Of a DNA stretch of 64,000 bases, positions 1 through 12,270 are shown in pieces. This DNA is from Octopus vulgaris (lineage: Eukaryota). Position numbers and translations under genes: made by a program. Each line of letters starts with the position of its first letter. Position 1 is the first letter of the stretch. The stretch is from contig OX597818.1 in assembly GCA_951406725.2 (NCBI GenBank), positions 144,894,001 to 144,958,000 of the forward strand. Reading direction: 5' to 3'. Under the pieces are notes generated by a model that made no database searches, was not told where the DNA came from, and saw only the letters and a program-made list of their open reading frames with translations.

Positions 1-96
1 AGGGAGGCTTTATGAAAATAGACAAAAGACGAAGGCAGGTGGAAAACAAACAAACAATTGTATTAGTATGGTGCTCAGGAAATATAAATAAAACAA

Positions 97-135
97 GTCT
101 TTAACGTTTCGAGCCTACGCTCTTCAACAGAAAGA
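97..135 (-). ncRNA. Minimal type I hammerhead ribozyme-like motif (core variant CUGUUGA), probably in a Penelope-like terminal repeat
   Basis: The minus strand reads UCUUU-CUGUUGA-A-GAGC(GUAG)GCUC-GAAA-CG-UU-AAAGA. Stem I is UCUUU/AAAGA, stem II is GAGC/GCUC, helix III is the palindrome ACGU, and the cleavage triplet is GUU. A6 is replaced by U. Confidence 0.6.
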
Positions 136-302
136 TACACAGAGAGAAAAAAACACAGAAAGAAGGAGAGAAAAAAATGCGTGCAGTAACTAACGAATCA
201 ACATGGCGATCTGATTTCGGCCAGAAGTCAAAGATCAAACATGAGATGCGAGAGCGAAATAAGGGGAGATAATAGGGTTGATAATAGGGTTGAATGACCA
301 CC

Positions 303-636
303 TATTAGTGCGTAGGAGGGGTCTGGACGTGTGTATGTGTAGGGTTGGTGTATGTATTAGTATGTATAAGGGTGTGTGTGTGTGTGTGTGTGTGTGTATG
401 AGAGAGTATTAGTGTGTAGGATAGGTCTGGACAGGCGTATGTATGGGGTTGGTGTGTGTATTAGTATGTATTAGTACGTATTAGTATGTATAAGTGTGTG
501 TGTGTGTGTATGAGAGAGTATAAGTGCGTATGAGGGGTCTGGACGTGTGTATGTATAGGGTTGGTGTATGTATTAGTATGTATTAGTATGTATTAGTACG
601 TATTAGTATGTATTAGTTGGTGTATGTATTAGTATG
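303..636. repeat. Minisatellite: three ~105-120 bp units with nested TATTAGTATG 10-mers and (TG)n
   Basis: The motif GGTCTGGAC...GGTTGGTGT recurs in units starting at ~303, ~407 and ~520. Tandem TATTAGTATG copies are visible. Confidence 0.8.
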
Positions 637-1110
637 GCACATCATATATGATGTGGCATATATATATATATATATACATATACATTTATATATGTATATA
701 TATTTATAATATATCTAATATATATATCTCTCTCTATATATATATGCATATATATATATATGTATACATACATATATATTTATATATATAAATATGCATA
801 TATGGGTACAGGACATCACCAACTGTGTAAACAACATAAAAGTACACAAACAAATGAGTTAAATATGAAAACAGCGAGAGAAAAAAATGGAAAACAGGAC
901 AAGTAACACAGAGTAACCCTTCATCAGTTGTCGGCTGTCTTTCTATTCCTCATTTCAAGCATTCAACGACAATACGAGTCTTTGAAGACAGTTGCTCTTA
1001 TAAGTTCCAAAACAAAATTTAGGATTTATAGAGGGTCAAAGTCAGGAACAAAAGCAGGATAGTGGAGACGAACATACATACACACACACACACACACACA
1101 TACATACATA

Positions 1111-1665
1111 CATGGTGGCTGCCCCCTCGTTATCGAGTATGGCCATTGCACGAAGCTTAATCAATGTTGTTATCGTGCAATGCCTGTGCAAGAAGATTTT
1201 TTTTAAAGTGAGGAAAGGCTGTGCACTGAGTCAATCCCACTCACTAAGCAACAGCAACCATAATCCGAAAAGAAGAACAAGTCAACATCATCAGTAACCA
1301 CTGAGCCGCAGGTTTTATGTCGGAGTTATCCCAGTTACCTGAGTTACCTTCGCCTAGAAGGATGCCCTAACAAAGGCTAGGAGTCCTTCACTCCCAATGG
1401 TTTAACCGCGCGATCGGGTAATCAGTCCGATTATTTCTATGTCCCCGTGCATGATACAGCCTTAAGACATTTATTGGATGGCCGTTGACTCTCAAGAGTT
1501 CCTCCACCCTTTGACGGTTTTTGTTTTTCATCCCGCAGGGTGTCCAATAAACACCCTCCTCACCAAGCAAACTTGGTGGGGTTGCCGGTTTAGTCGCTGA
1601 CGACCCGACCATGCAACAGGTAGTACTGGGTTACATGTTACCAGTAGCACTCGAAAGTGACCTGA
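1111..1665 (-). mobile_element. Putative RTE-type LINE 5' leader or non-autonomous derivative
   Basis: CpG-rich island bounded by (ATAC)n tracts. The minus strand has TAGGGCATCCTTCTAGGCGAAGGTAACTC, resembling the RTE 5'-UTR motif CTAGGAGAAGGAAAACTC (recalled, not searched). Confidence 0.45.
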
Positions 1666-2036
1666 CATACATACATACATACATACATACATACACATAT
1701 ATATATATATATATATATATGTTTGTGTGTGTGAGTGTGCGTCTGTGTTTGTACTCCCACCATCGCTTGACAACCAATGTTGCTGTGTTTATGTCCTCGT
1801 AAATCCTGGGCTCGATTTCTTTGACTAAAAGCGGTGCTCTAGCATGGCTGCAGTCACATGACCGAAACAAGTAAAACAATAACAGACTATGCCATTTTAA
1901 CCCCGAGCAACACCAGGTATCTCTGCTAGTAACTAATAAAAAATTGAAACCTCCAAATACCTCCTGATGTTGAAAATATAAATATGATACAAGTTCACAG
2001 CATCATCCAAATGAATTTTGTCCTTTTCTCTTTCCT

Positions 2037-2075
<39 letters not shown>

Positions 2076-2216
2076 CAGTAGTGGTGATAGTGGAGTTATT
2101 GGTGAGAATTAATGATATTTTGATTGTAGTGAGTTAATAATTTATGAATAAACTATGCTGGAAGCCTTCCTTACACAGTCACCTAAATCATCAACGTGAT
2201 GCTGGTGAGAAACAAC

Positions 2217-2217
<1 letters not shown>

Positions 2218-2269
<52 letters not shown>
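2218..2269. repeat. (AAT)n microsatellite
   Basis: Direct reading. Confidence 0.95.
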
Positions 2270-2429
2270 GTTATTAATTTTTTTTTTAATGATAATGGCA
2301 AAACAGAAATGGAAGAAAAGAAAAAAACCTAAAACAGCGAAAGTGTGAGACTGATTACACACACAAGCAAACACATAATACATTCTGCTTCTTGAAGTTT
2401 TCTGTATGTGTAGGCCTTGTTCACACCAC

Positions 2430-2479
<50 letters not shown>

Positions 2480-3889
2480 AACATAGTGAGAAAGAGAGAG
2501 AGAGGGAAGGAGGGAGAGAGAGAAATGGGTTGAAAATGTTGAGCAAATAAAGGACAAGATAAAAGTGTGGATAGTTTCATTAAGTAACAGCTCTGCCTGT
2601 CAGCACAATCTAATGACCAAAAACAAATATTAATGACGAGGATGATGATGATGATGACGATAAAAGGAAAAAAAAATAAATAAATGAGAAAATAAAACAA
2701 TGAAACTATGAAGAGAAGAAAGATAAGAGCAACAACAACAACAACAAATTGTATTGACAGAACTATCTATTTAGAATGGAGCAAAGGAAATGATAATGTA
2801 AATTGGAAAACACACACACACACACACACACACACGCATACAAATGTATGTGTAATATAATGTGCTTACACACACACTCACACACATACAGATACATGCA
2901 CACATGGAAGTACACATGCATACAGATGCATGAACATGCATGTTCACTCACATATACAGAGATGCAGAAGTGCAGAAGCTATTTATCATCCCAGCACTTT
3001 TAATAGGTGGAAAGGAAAAAAAAAAGGAAAGAATTGTGTAACAGATCTATACTGAGATGGTCGTCGTAGCAACACAACTTCAGGCATGTTTTTTTCTCCT
3101 TCTCTCTCTCTTTCCCACCCACATAGTTTGATGTAGAAATCATTTCAAATATGAAATGTTCTTTTGTAAACTTGCAACTTACCACCACCGTTGCTGCCGC
3201 CAGCACCATCTACAAACCAGTGAGGGAATTTCTATGTAGTAACTTTGCATGCTCAATATTCACTGAAATCCTCCCTCCACACCACCACACATACAGATGG
3301 AATATTCACAATCTTTAAATCTTTTGATATAAACCTGCCCAAGACATTTTTTAGTCCATTTTAAAATGTTTATATTTAACTGCAAATTTTTTATCAGAAC
3401 CTTTTATTATGTTCTGAACTCCAGCTTAATAATGGAAAATTGACTACTTTCACTAAATTCCTTAACTTCTTGAGTATTCTAAAATTAAAATGAAATATAT
3501 GAACAATCCTTTCTATTAGAATTAATGTCAAAAATAGATTAAAATAACCAAATGTTTTAAACCCAAATATATATGTCTAACGTAGCTACAAGGCCACAAA
3601 TTTTTGGGGAATGCATGGGTTATGATAGAAGATATTTGCAGTGGGACTATACCCTCAATTAAACTACTTCACCACATAGCCATGCCTGTGACTGAAACAT
3701 GTACTTGAAATAATCAATAATAAAAGAACTTAAAAACCACATTTTGATAAAAATGTTTAGAAACTGGAATTTATAAAACTATTTCCAGACAGTCCAACCT
3801 TTAACAATTGTTTTCTTTTAGTAAAAGTTACATAATTCAAACTACTTATTATAGTAGCTGTCTTGTATAGTATAGATTTATAATCTGTG

Positions 3890-3939
3890 TACCAACCAAC
3901 CAACCAACCAACCAACCAACCAACCAACCAACCAACCAA
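3890..3939. repeat. (ACCA)n microsatellite
   Basis: Direct reading. Confidence 0.95.
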
Positions 3940-4297
3940 TCGTCCATCCATCCTAGACAAGTGATGTGTTGTGTTCTTGGGCAAAACATTTCATTTCAAG
4001 CTGCTCTAGTCCACTTAGCTGTAAATGGGTAACCCTGTAAAGGACTGGCATTCCCTCCAGGGGGAACGTTGACTTGCCTGTCTGCCTAGCCAATAAGGTG
4101 GCATCATTTAAAAGCTACAAGCAATAATATGAGGAAGCAGATTGTGGCCAGAGGTGTACAACAACATCTGATAGTATAAGTGTGATATTGATATATATAC
4201 ATAATCTTAACATTGATATTTTGTTTAGGCATTGCGATACTAATAACCTGGTGTTAGAACTCAATATACATATATACTTGAGAAAAAAGTGTTATCA

Positions 4298-4347
<50 letters not shown>

Positions 4348-6439
4348 CATACACACATACATCAGTGATATATACACACACAAACTACTTCTAAAATTTG
4401 TCAAGTGTATAGAATATGCTTTACTAAGTCTAAGACCCCCAAAAATGCTTGTTGCTTAGGTGGCATTAAAGACAAAATCTATTCTTAAATGTACTGTCTT
4501 GATTTTTTTACCAGTATTGTAATTAGTTGAGTTATGTTTCTTTCAAGCTTATAAAATTTAATAACCTTTAAAAGGAGTTTTTGTCTCATAACTGCATAGC
4601 TAATCAAAGTATTTTGATTCATTATATTGAATATGAGATTCTACCATATGTGTGTTTAGCATGTAGAATATAATACTCTCCTGGGGTAATTTCTCAGTTA
4701 TATTGCTGATAAAATATAAAATATTCATCATGTATGTTTAAGATAGTCACAATGATGACAGACTGGTGGATTACTCCTAAACATATTAACTAAGGTTATC
4801 TCTGAATCCATCAATCTGTTGAAACAGAACTCACTAGGCTTAACAACAACAAAGAAACTGAATTCTCTTCTTTTTCTTTCTATCTATTTCATGCATGATC
4901 TACCACCTTAACTTATTGATAGGAGGAACTGCAGTTACAGAAGTTGGCTATAAGGTAATGCTTATTATTACTGAGAAATGGCAGCAGGCTATCGTTTAGA
5001 TAATGAAAGGGTTAACTTATAGATATCTACACAGCATTGTCAGAAGTTGTATACTGTGAAAATGTAAAATCATTGACAAGAATAGTTATGTGCATTAAAC
5101 TATGCAGAATATGTAATAATAATCATTAGACTGGTAGCAGCTGTGAACTACAAGGAAGACTAGTGAAGACTAACACAATAGGATGAGCATGATAACTTTA
5201 ATTAATCAAGGCTATATCAGTGCCAATGAGAGGATGGACATTGTTGAATGATGCTGAAATCAATGAAACAAATGCACCATGCACCAATTAATTAAAAATA
5301 GAAATATGCAATTATGTGAGAGGAAGAATAGTGTGACCATAGGCAGACACACTGACTACACTGGCCATGTTTCTGTCTTATTTGACCACTTCAGTGAAGC
5401 ATATTGAAACACATGTCTGTTAGATAGAGAGTAAAGAACACACATATATGTACAAAGTATATAAACAGGGGTTGGTGTGACAAAGTAACAAAATCCCGAG
5501 AGAAATAATGCAGGTAAAGTAAACGGAATAATAACAAGCAGAATAGTTACAAGTAAGGTTACATTCTAGTTGAACCCACAACACTTTATACCACACTAAT
5601 GGACCAACAAGGAGCCTCAGTATAGATGATTGAGTTGCTAGAAATAGTAATCAAATCTTCGAGAAAATCACATTCTGCCATCTTAAATAAAAGACATATT
5701 TAGGTAATGCAGTTCCAGATCCATCATTAAAAAGAAAGGATGGTCACAGATGGAACGGCTTTGATAATAGATCTGGTTGAGTTGAACAGAGTCTAAACAA
5801 CAACAAGAACAACAGCAACAGCAACAACAACAACAACAACAACAACAACTCACATCCTGGCGTGGCTGTGTGGTTAAGAAGATTGTTTCAGAACTACATG
5901 GTTTCAAGTTCAGTCCCACTGGGATGACAATAAAAATGTCTTCTATTATCATCACATGCTGATCCTCAATGTCTTCTGAGTGGAATTAGTAGACAAAAAC
6001 TGCAACAAGGCATTGTGTGTGAGTGTGTGCGATGCAAACAATGTAGGACTCTTATTTCGTTAGTCACCATTTGAGAAAAGCAGAACTGATACTGACGTTT
6101 CTTGTTGGTTTTACAGTTTTGAAAACTTGTGGAATATAAAATCTCTTATTTGAAAAAAAAAAAGTGAGAGTTGGTGACAATAAGAGCATCATCATCATCC
6201 TCATCATCAACCAGCATCTGGTTGTAAAATCCTGCCTAAAAATCAATTCCCACCCAAGCCTTGTTTGCACTGAAAAATGGACATTAAATGAACAAGAAAA
6301 TGATCTGAATCACAATTAAATTGAAAAGTTTATAAAAGCAAAAAGAAAACAGTTTCCCTGCATTTGATACTTTTGTATTTACAAAGTATTTTCATCGGCA
6401 ATATCTAAAGGAAATGCTCTTATTCTATTTCTTTATTCT

Positions 6440-6664
6440 TTATTGCCCACAGGGAGCTAAACATAGAGGGGACAAACAAGGACAGACAAATGGATTAAGT
6501 TGATTACATCGACCCCAGTGCGTAACTGGTACTTATTTAATCGACCCTGAAAGGATGAAAGGCAAAGTCGACCTCAGCGGAATTTGAACTCATAATGTAA
6601 CAGCAGATGAAATACCTCTAAGCATTTCGCCCAGCATGCTAACGTTTCTGCCAGCTCACCGCCT
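6440..6664 (-). mobile_element. tRNA-derived SINE, family A (GGCGAGCTGGCAGAA head; CCTTTCATCCTTTCGGGGTCGAT core)
   Basis: Reverse complement of the plus-strand copies at 27885 and 49248, with a B-box-like GAGTTCAAATTCC. Confidence 0.85.
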
Positions 6665-7662
6665 TATTCTATTTCTAAGAGGATGAGCATATTTCTATAA
6701 CAGTTTTTCATGTAAGTGAATTAATTTATTATCTAACTGGTTGCTTTCCTAATTAATATATGAGATTAGCCTTCATCCCAAGTAACAGTTCCGCTTTATC
6801 GTCTTCTCTTCGTTCTCAAATTCAAAGCTCGAAATGTTAGACACTCCACTCTTCACATCAAATGAACTTACTGAACTTATTGATTAGTTGTTGCTGACAC
6901 ACAGACAACTTCCTTAGTCTCCAAATTTCACTTCAGTATATGACATGTTGAACAGTGCATGGCTAGCCATGTAGTCACCTCAGCACATGGCATTGAATTG
7001 AGCTGAGCTGTGTATCAATATCAAAAGATTGACAAAATAACAACAGCAAGAGACGCAAAGTCAGCAGTTTTCAGTGAAGCAGGTTAGTAGATACTAGTAC
7101 TTTATTTTATTGGCCCTGAAAGGATGAAAGGTAAAATTGACCTCAGCAGAATTTGAACCAGAATGCAGAGCCAAAATAAATTCCACATGGAATTATTTTT
7201 ATCTCTGTTCTTTATGTTCTGAGTTGAAATTATGACAGAAGTTGTGTGAGAGATGAGGCATAAAGGGCTGAAGACAGATATGTTCCTCTTTGATAAAGCC
7301 CCCATCAACATTCAAGTTTCATTGGAAAAGGAAAATGATAGAAGAGAGGGAACTACTGCCTCCCAGCAAATTTTTTGAAAAGTGGACAAGAATGACAAGC
7401 ATGGTCTGGAGTGAATGGATCTGCTTTGAGCATGGGCCTGTAGACTGGAGAAGGACACCTGGGAAAAGGTTCTGGTCTTAGTGCTCAGAGTGACTATGGT
7501 TTATGTGGGGTTTCTGCAAGTAGTCCTTGCTCCCATTTTGGGCAATTTTCTTTGAAATTTTTCATGTAGTTTGTTATTCCTCTTTTTTACATTTCCTTCC
7601 ACAGTATATCCATTAATCTTTTTGTCAACTCTTTGGTTAATAAAGATAGCCTTATCCTCCTC

Positions 7663-7698
<36 letters not shown>

Positions 7699-8387
7699 AT
7701 TATTATTATTATTATCGTTATTATTGAGTGAGGGAACAGTGCATGCCATCAAAGTAACACTAGGGTAAAATATACAAGGCCTAGTATACCCATCATGATT
7801 ACCCATCCGATAAGGGTACACCAGGCACATGCATCATAATCATATGTGCATGACATGGTGATCTCATATCAAGATAAACAGTGCATGACCTTGCAGGTGG
7901 AGCCCAGTTAGAATTTTCTTCAGGTTGAGTAGCCTATCCCACTCAAAAGGTCCCTGAATAAGAGTCGTTTAAGAATGGTGATTGAAACACCCATGTTTTA
8001 AAAACTGAATTATCCAAACCCCAGAGAATCCCTCTCAACACATGGCTATGATGCACCCCAACTACTCCTGCTTGTGATTAGAGATGCACATATTGTCAGC
8101 TACTAAGGGACATGCTCAAATGGTTAAGGTCAAGCAACTGACAAGCAAATCTGAGGTATTGAGCAGAATATTTGCCGTAGCCCATCTTTTATACCAAGAC
8201 AAAGCAATATGCATGATAGCACTTCCAATCAGTTAAGATCAGAAGTCGTGAGCGCAACCGCATGGTATTGCATCAGGGCAATTATTATTATTATTATTAT
8301 TATTATTGTTATTGTTATTATCATTATCAATATTATTGTTATTATTATTATTATTATTATTATCATCATCATTATCATTCACATTAA

Positions 8388-8600
8388 AGTAGTGAGCTGG
8401 CAGAATCATTAGTATGCTGGGTGAAATGCTTAGAGGTATTTCGTCTGTTGCTATGTTTTGAGTTCAAATTCTGCTGAGGAGGCTTTGCCTTTCATTCTTT
8501 CAGTGTCGATAAATTAAGTACTAGCAAAACACTGGGGGTGATGTAATCAACTATCCCTTTTCCCCAAATTTCAGGCCTTGTGCCCATAGTAGAAAGGATT
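8388..8600 (+). mobile_element. tRNA-derived SINE, family A (CpG-decayed copy)
   Basis: GTGAGCTGGCAGAATCATTAG...GAGTTCAAATTCTGCTGAGG...CCTTTCATTCTTTC, homologous to the other copies in the window. Confidence 0.8.
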
Positions 8601-8620
8601 ATTATTATTATTATTATTAT

Positions 8621-9262
8621 TAGTTAGTTAGTTAATTTTTTGGCTCAAAAAGCAAAAAAGCAAGGCCATGTAGGGGGACATGGAGTTATGTACAGGGTGG
8701 TGTTCATGTAAAGAGTTCAGGCCACTTGAGGTCAAGGGAGACTTTGAACCGAGTGGTTGTCGGCATCTTCACCATCTCGTCCGGCAGCTTATTCCACGGA
8801 TCCGCAACCCGGACGGAGAAAGCCCCTCTCCTTCGATTGAGATGAAATCGTCGCAGATAGAGCTTTTCGGAATGACCCCGCAGCCGATGCTCTGGAGCAG
8901 GAGTGAAGAACAGCTCCTTCGAGAGGTTACACTTTCTGCTTATGATATTGTGAGCAAGAATGAGATCACCACGGCGTCGTCGTTTTTCTAGAGAATAAAG
9001 GTCGAGCGTCTTCAGCCTTTCTTCATAAGACAAATTCCTGAGACCAAGAACCATGCGGGTAGCCAGCTTCTGAACTCTTTCGAGATGCGGTATGTCTTTG
9101 AGGAGATAAGGAGAAGAGGCTTGAATCCCGTACTCCAATATGGGTCTCACCAGCGTGACATAGAGCGGTAGAAATATGGCTGCTGTGAGCATTCCGAATG
9201 ACCGTCGAATCAAGAACAGAACTCCGCGTGCTTTGTTGGCAGCATGGATGCACTGGGCCGAA
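8621..9262 (-). mobile_element. CR1-group LINE, 5'-truncated copy 1 (ORF2 C-terminus, 3' UTR, (TAAC)n tail)
   Basis: ORF 8704-9285 contains LYVTLVRPILEYG and LRGHSEKL...FSVRVADPWNKLP, typical of the CR1/L2 ORF2 C-terminus. It is near-identical to the copies at 26715 and 38058. The tail TAGTTAGTTAGTTAA starts at 8621. Confidence 0.92.
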
Positions 9263-9941
9263 TTATAATTAATTGGTAACCACACTGGAGGAAATGCTTA
9301 GCAATATTTTGTCTGCTGCTATGTTCTGAGTTCATATTCTGACAATGTTGATCATGCTTTTCATCCTTTCTGGGTTAATAAATTAAGTACCAGTTGAACA
9401 CTGGGGTCGATATAATCGACACATCCCTCCCCCAAAATGGCTGCTCTTGCGGGGAAATTTGAAACCATTATTATTGTTGTTGTTGTTGTCGTTATATAAA
9501 TAAAACTTCAAAGAAATAACTTTTGAAACATTTTACTGGAATTAATAGGAGGACATTCAAGCAATCAGTCAGATAAACAAACATTACCAGAATAGTGGTG
9601 TGTAAATTTTAGGTAGTTAAGTGGTACTTGAAATTTAGGTGGTTGAGTGGTACTCAAGATTAGGTAGTTGGATATGGAGAGGAACTGAAGTGGATAATGA
9701 TTATGCTGCAAAACTATCTAGCAGCTACTAAAGAGGATAGCCTACAATTAAGTGAAAGAAGATTTTGTACAATGGCACTAGAATTTCTGCTAAGAATCAT
9801 GTAAGATTGCTTATACACTATGTGCAACAGGAGAGAATAAAAGGTTAATAATGGTGGTTTCTGACTTAGGCATAAGACAACAAATTTGGGGGAAGAGACC
9901 AGTAGATTACATCAACCACTAGTAGGTGATTTGTACTTTAA

Positions 9942-10162
9942 CCCTTTTGTTACTGTATTTATTTTGAGATGCTCTGTGTTTCTTTCAATTATTTTAAATA
10001 TAACAAAGAATTTAGTAAAATAACTTGGTTATCATTCAGCTAGTGTTAAGTACATTAATTGTGACTAAGGTTTTGCAGAAGATTTTAATTCAAAACTTAT
10101 GAAAACAAGACAGTTGTACTACAGAGCAAGAGCTGGTTTCAGCAGGGTTGGTAACAAAAGGG
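9942..10162. mobile_element. piggyBac-type MITE (221 bp) inserted in a family A SINE
   Basis: TTAA|CCCTTTTGTTAC ... GTAACAAAAGGG|TTAA: perfect 12-bp TIRs and a TTAA target duplication. Confidence 0.9.
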
Positions 10163-10961
10163 TTAATCAACTTTGGAAGGATGAAATACAAATCTGGATT
10201 TGAACTCAGAATGAGAAAGGACATAACTAAATACTGCTGGACACTAATTCTGCTACTAATTCAGTAATAACTAAGAATGAAAGGAGTAAAGTCCAGTGAA
10301 ACTTTTTTTTATCTTATTTGTTCCAATTCTCTGCTCAAATCTGGTTGAGGTCAACTCTGCTTTGCATCCTTTTTGGGGTTGATAAATACAGTGCCAGTCA
10401 AGGGCAGCAGATTATCATAATTGCTAGAATATTGTATGAAATAGCATGTGACAGTTCTTCTGGTACTTTGCATTCTGAGATCACATTCTGTGCACATGTT
10501 GATGGTCAGGGCTAATTTGCTTGCTTTGGAAACGCCCAGTCCAACTCACATTTAGTCAGCACAGACAGATAAGCCTATAACGAAACATACTTAAGTTGGC
10601 AGTGGCATGATGATGCTTCATCCAGCATTAGACCAAAAACAGCTAAATGGAAACGGACAAGATTGAGTAAGCTCAAAGTTAAGTTATATGAGTATGTGCA
10701 TCTGTTTGCATGTATGTGTACATGTGTATGTGTGTGTGTGTATTTGTAAATTACTGATGCGTTAACAATGATTTTTCAATGCTGTACTGTACTAAAGGCC
10801 ACAAATATAGATTTTTTTTTAGCTAATACAGTACAGGCTAAATAAAAATCTATAGTTATATTTTGCAGCACAGTGTATATATACATATATATGCATAAAC
10901 ACATACGTCTATTATTACTTTATGTCCACTTTCTATTCTGTGTCTGTACATATACTATATA

Positions 10962-11220
10962 TCATCATCATCACCATTGTAGTTTAATGTCCACTTTCCA
11001 TGTAGGCATGGGTTGGATGGTTTGACTGAGAACTGGCAAGCCAGTAGGCTGCACAAGGCTCCAATCTGATTTGGCAAGATTTCTACAGCTGCATGCCCTT
11101 CCTAATGCCAACCATTCTGAGAGTGTAGTGGGTGCTTTTACGTGTTACCAGCACAGGAGCCAGTCAGGCGGCACTGGCATCGGTCATGCTCGAAAGGTGC
11201 TTTTTACGTGCCACTGGCAC

Positions 11221-11257
<37 letters not shown>

Positions 11258-11660
11258 ATCCGATCGTGGCCGTCCGCCAGCCTCATCTGGCACCTGTGTC
11301 GGTGGCACATAAAAACACCATCCGAGCGTGGCCGTCTGCCAGCCTCGTCTGGCACCTGTGTCGGTGGCACATAAAAACACCATCCGAGCGTGGCCGTCTG
11401 CCAGCCTCGTCTGGCACCTGTGTCGGTGGCACATAAAAACACCATCCGAGCGTGGCCGTTCGCCAGCCTCGTCTGGCACCTGTGTCGGTGGCACATAAAA
11501 TCACCCACTACACTCTCGGAGTGGTTGGCGTTAGGAAGGGCATCCAGCTGTAGAAACACTGCCAGATCTGACTGGCCTGGTGCAGCCTTCGGGCTCCCAG
11601 ACCCCAGTTGAACCGTCCAACCCATGCTAGCATGGAAAACGGACGCTAAATGATGATGAT
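10962..11660. mobile_element. Two inverted copies of an RTE-associated non-autonomous retroelement with (GAT)n tails pointing outward
   Basis: The plus copy ends GGAAGGGCATCCAGCTGTAGAAAC...CCAACCCATGCTAGCATGGAAAACGGACGCTAAATGATGATGAT. Its reverse complement lies at 10962-11222, with (TA)n between the two. The same tail follows the RTE fragment at 20751-21562. Confidence 0.75.
11255..11501 (+). repeat. 62-bp tandem repeat, 4 copies
   Basis: The unit CACCATCCGAGCGTGGCCGTCTGCCAGCCTCGTCTGGCACCTGTGTCGGTGGCACATAAAAA starts at ~11254, 11316, 11378 and 11440. Confidence 0.95.
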
Positions 11661-11769
11661 ATATATATATATCCTAAATGGGTACTAGGAGTGGATGCAT
11701 AGGGCATGAGATGGTTGAGCGGCTTAAGTAATGGGTTACCTTTCCATAAAAGTAATCAATTCCACTTTC

Positions 11770-12270
11770 CATGCAGTTATGTGGTGTCAATGTGTGTTTG
11801 TTGACACACATTCACACATGCAAACAGACATACGTGACCCTGAGGCATGATATAGTTACAAAGACTATTTACAATGCTATCCACAGGAAGGAGTGCCCTG
11901 GCATATACATCAAAGGTATGTCAGAATCAGTAATTAGGTATTCACACCTTTAAAAACAAGAAATACTGATGGAAGAACACTCAATAAAAACATCAATTCT
12001 GTGCAAACATAACCGACCTGATATTGTTCTGTGGGTCAGGGAACTAAAGTCATGCACTGTTGTAGGGGTTAGCTGCCCAGCAGATGTGAATATACAATCA
12101 AAAGTCCAGGAAAAAGTACCTATCATCATAGGTGCATTGAGTTACGTACCAACAAATTTGCACAAAAGCCTAGACAACCTGGTTTCACAAAAAGGGGCAA
12201 AAGGAACTGATGTAGATTTTCCAAATCCAATGTATTAGTGGCACAGTGAAGATTTGTAAGACATTCAAAA
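11770..12270 (+). pseudogene. Decayed R4/Dong-like non-LTR retrotransposon C-terminus (restriction-like endonuclease domain)
   Basis: The fragments YVTLRHDIVTKTIYNAI and KHNRPDIVLW...VGVSCPAD...VPIIIGAL match the RHD / RPD-D/E RLE signature. They are frameshifted and followed by (CA)n. Confidence 0.7.

Noticed and set aside
11255-11501. 62-bp repeats as a CRISPR array
   Set aside because: The units are contiguous with no unique spacers, there are no cas genes, and the context is eukaryotic.
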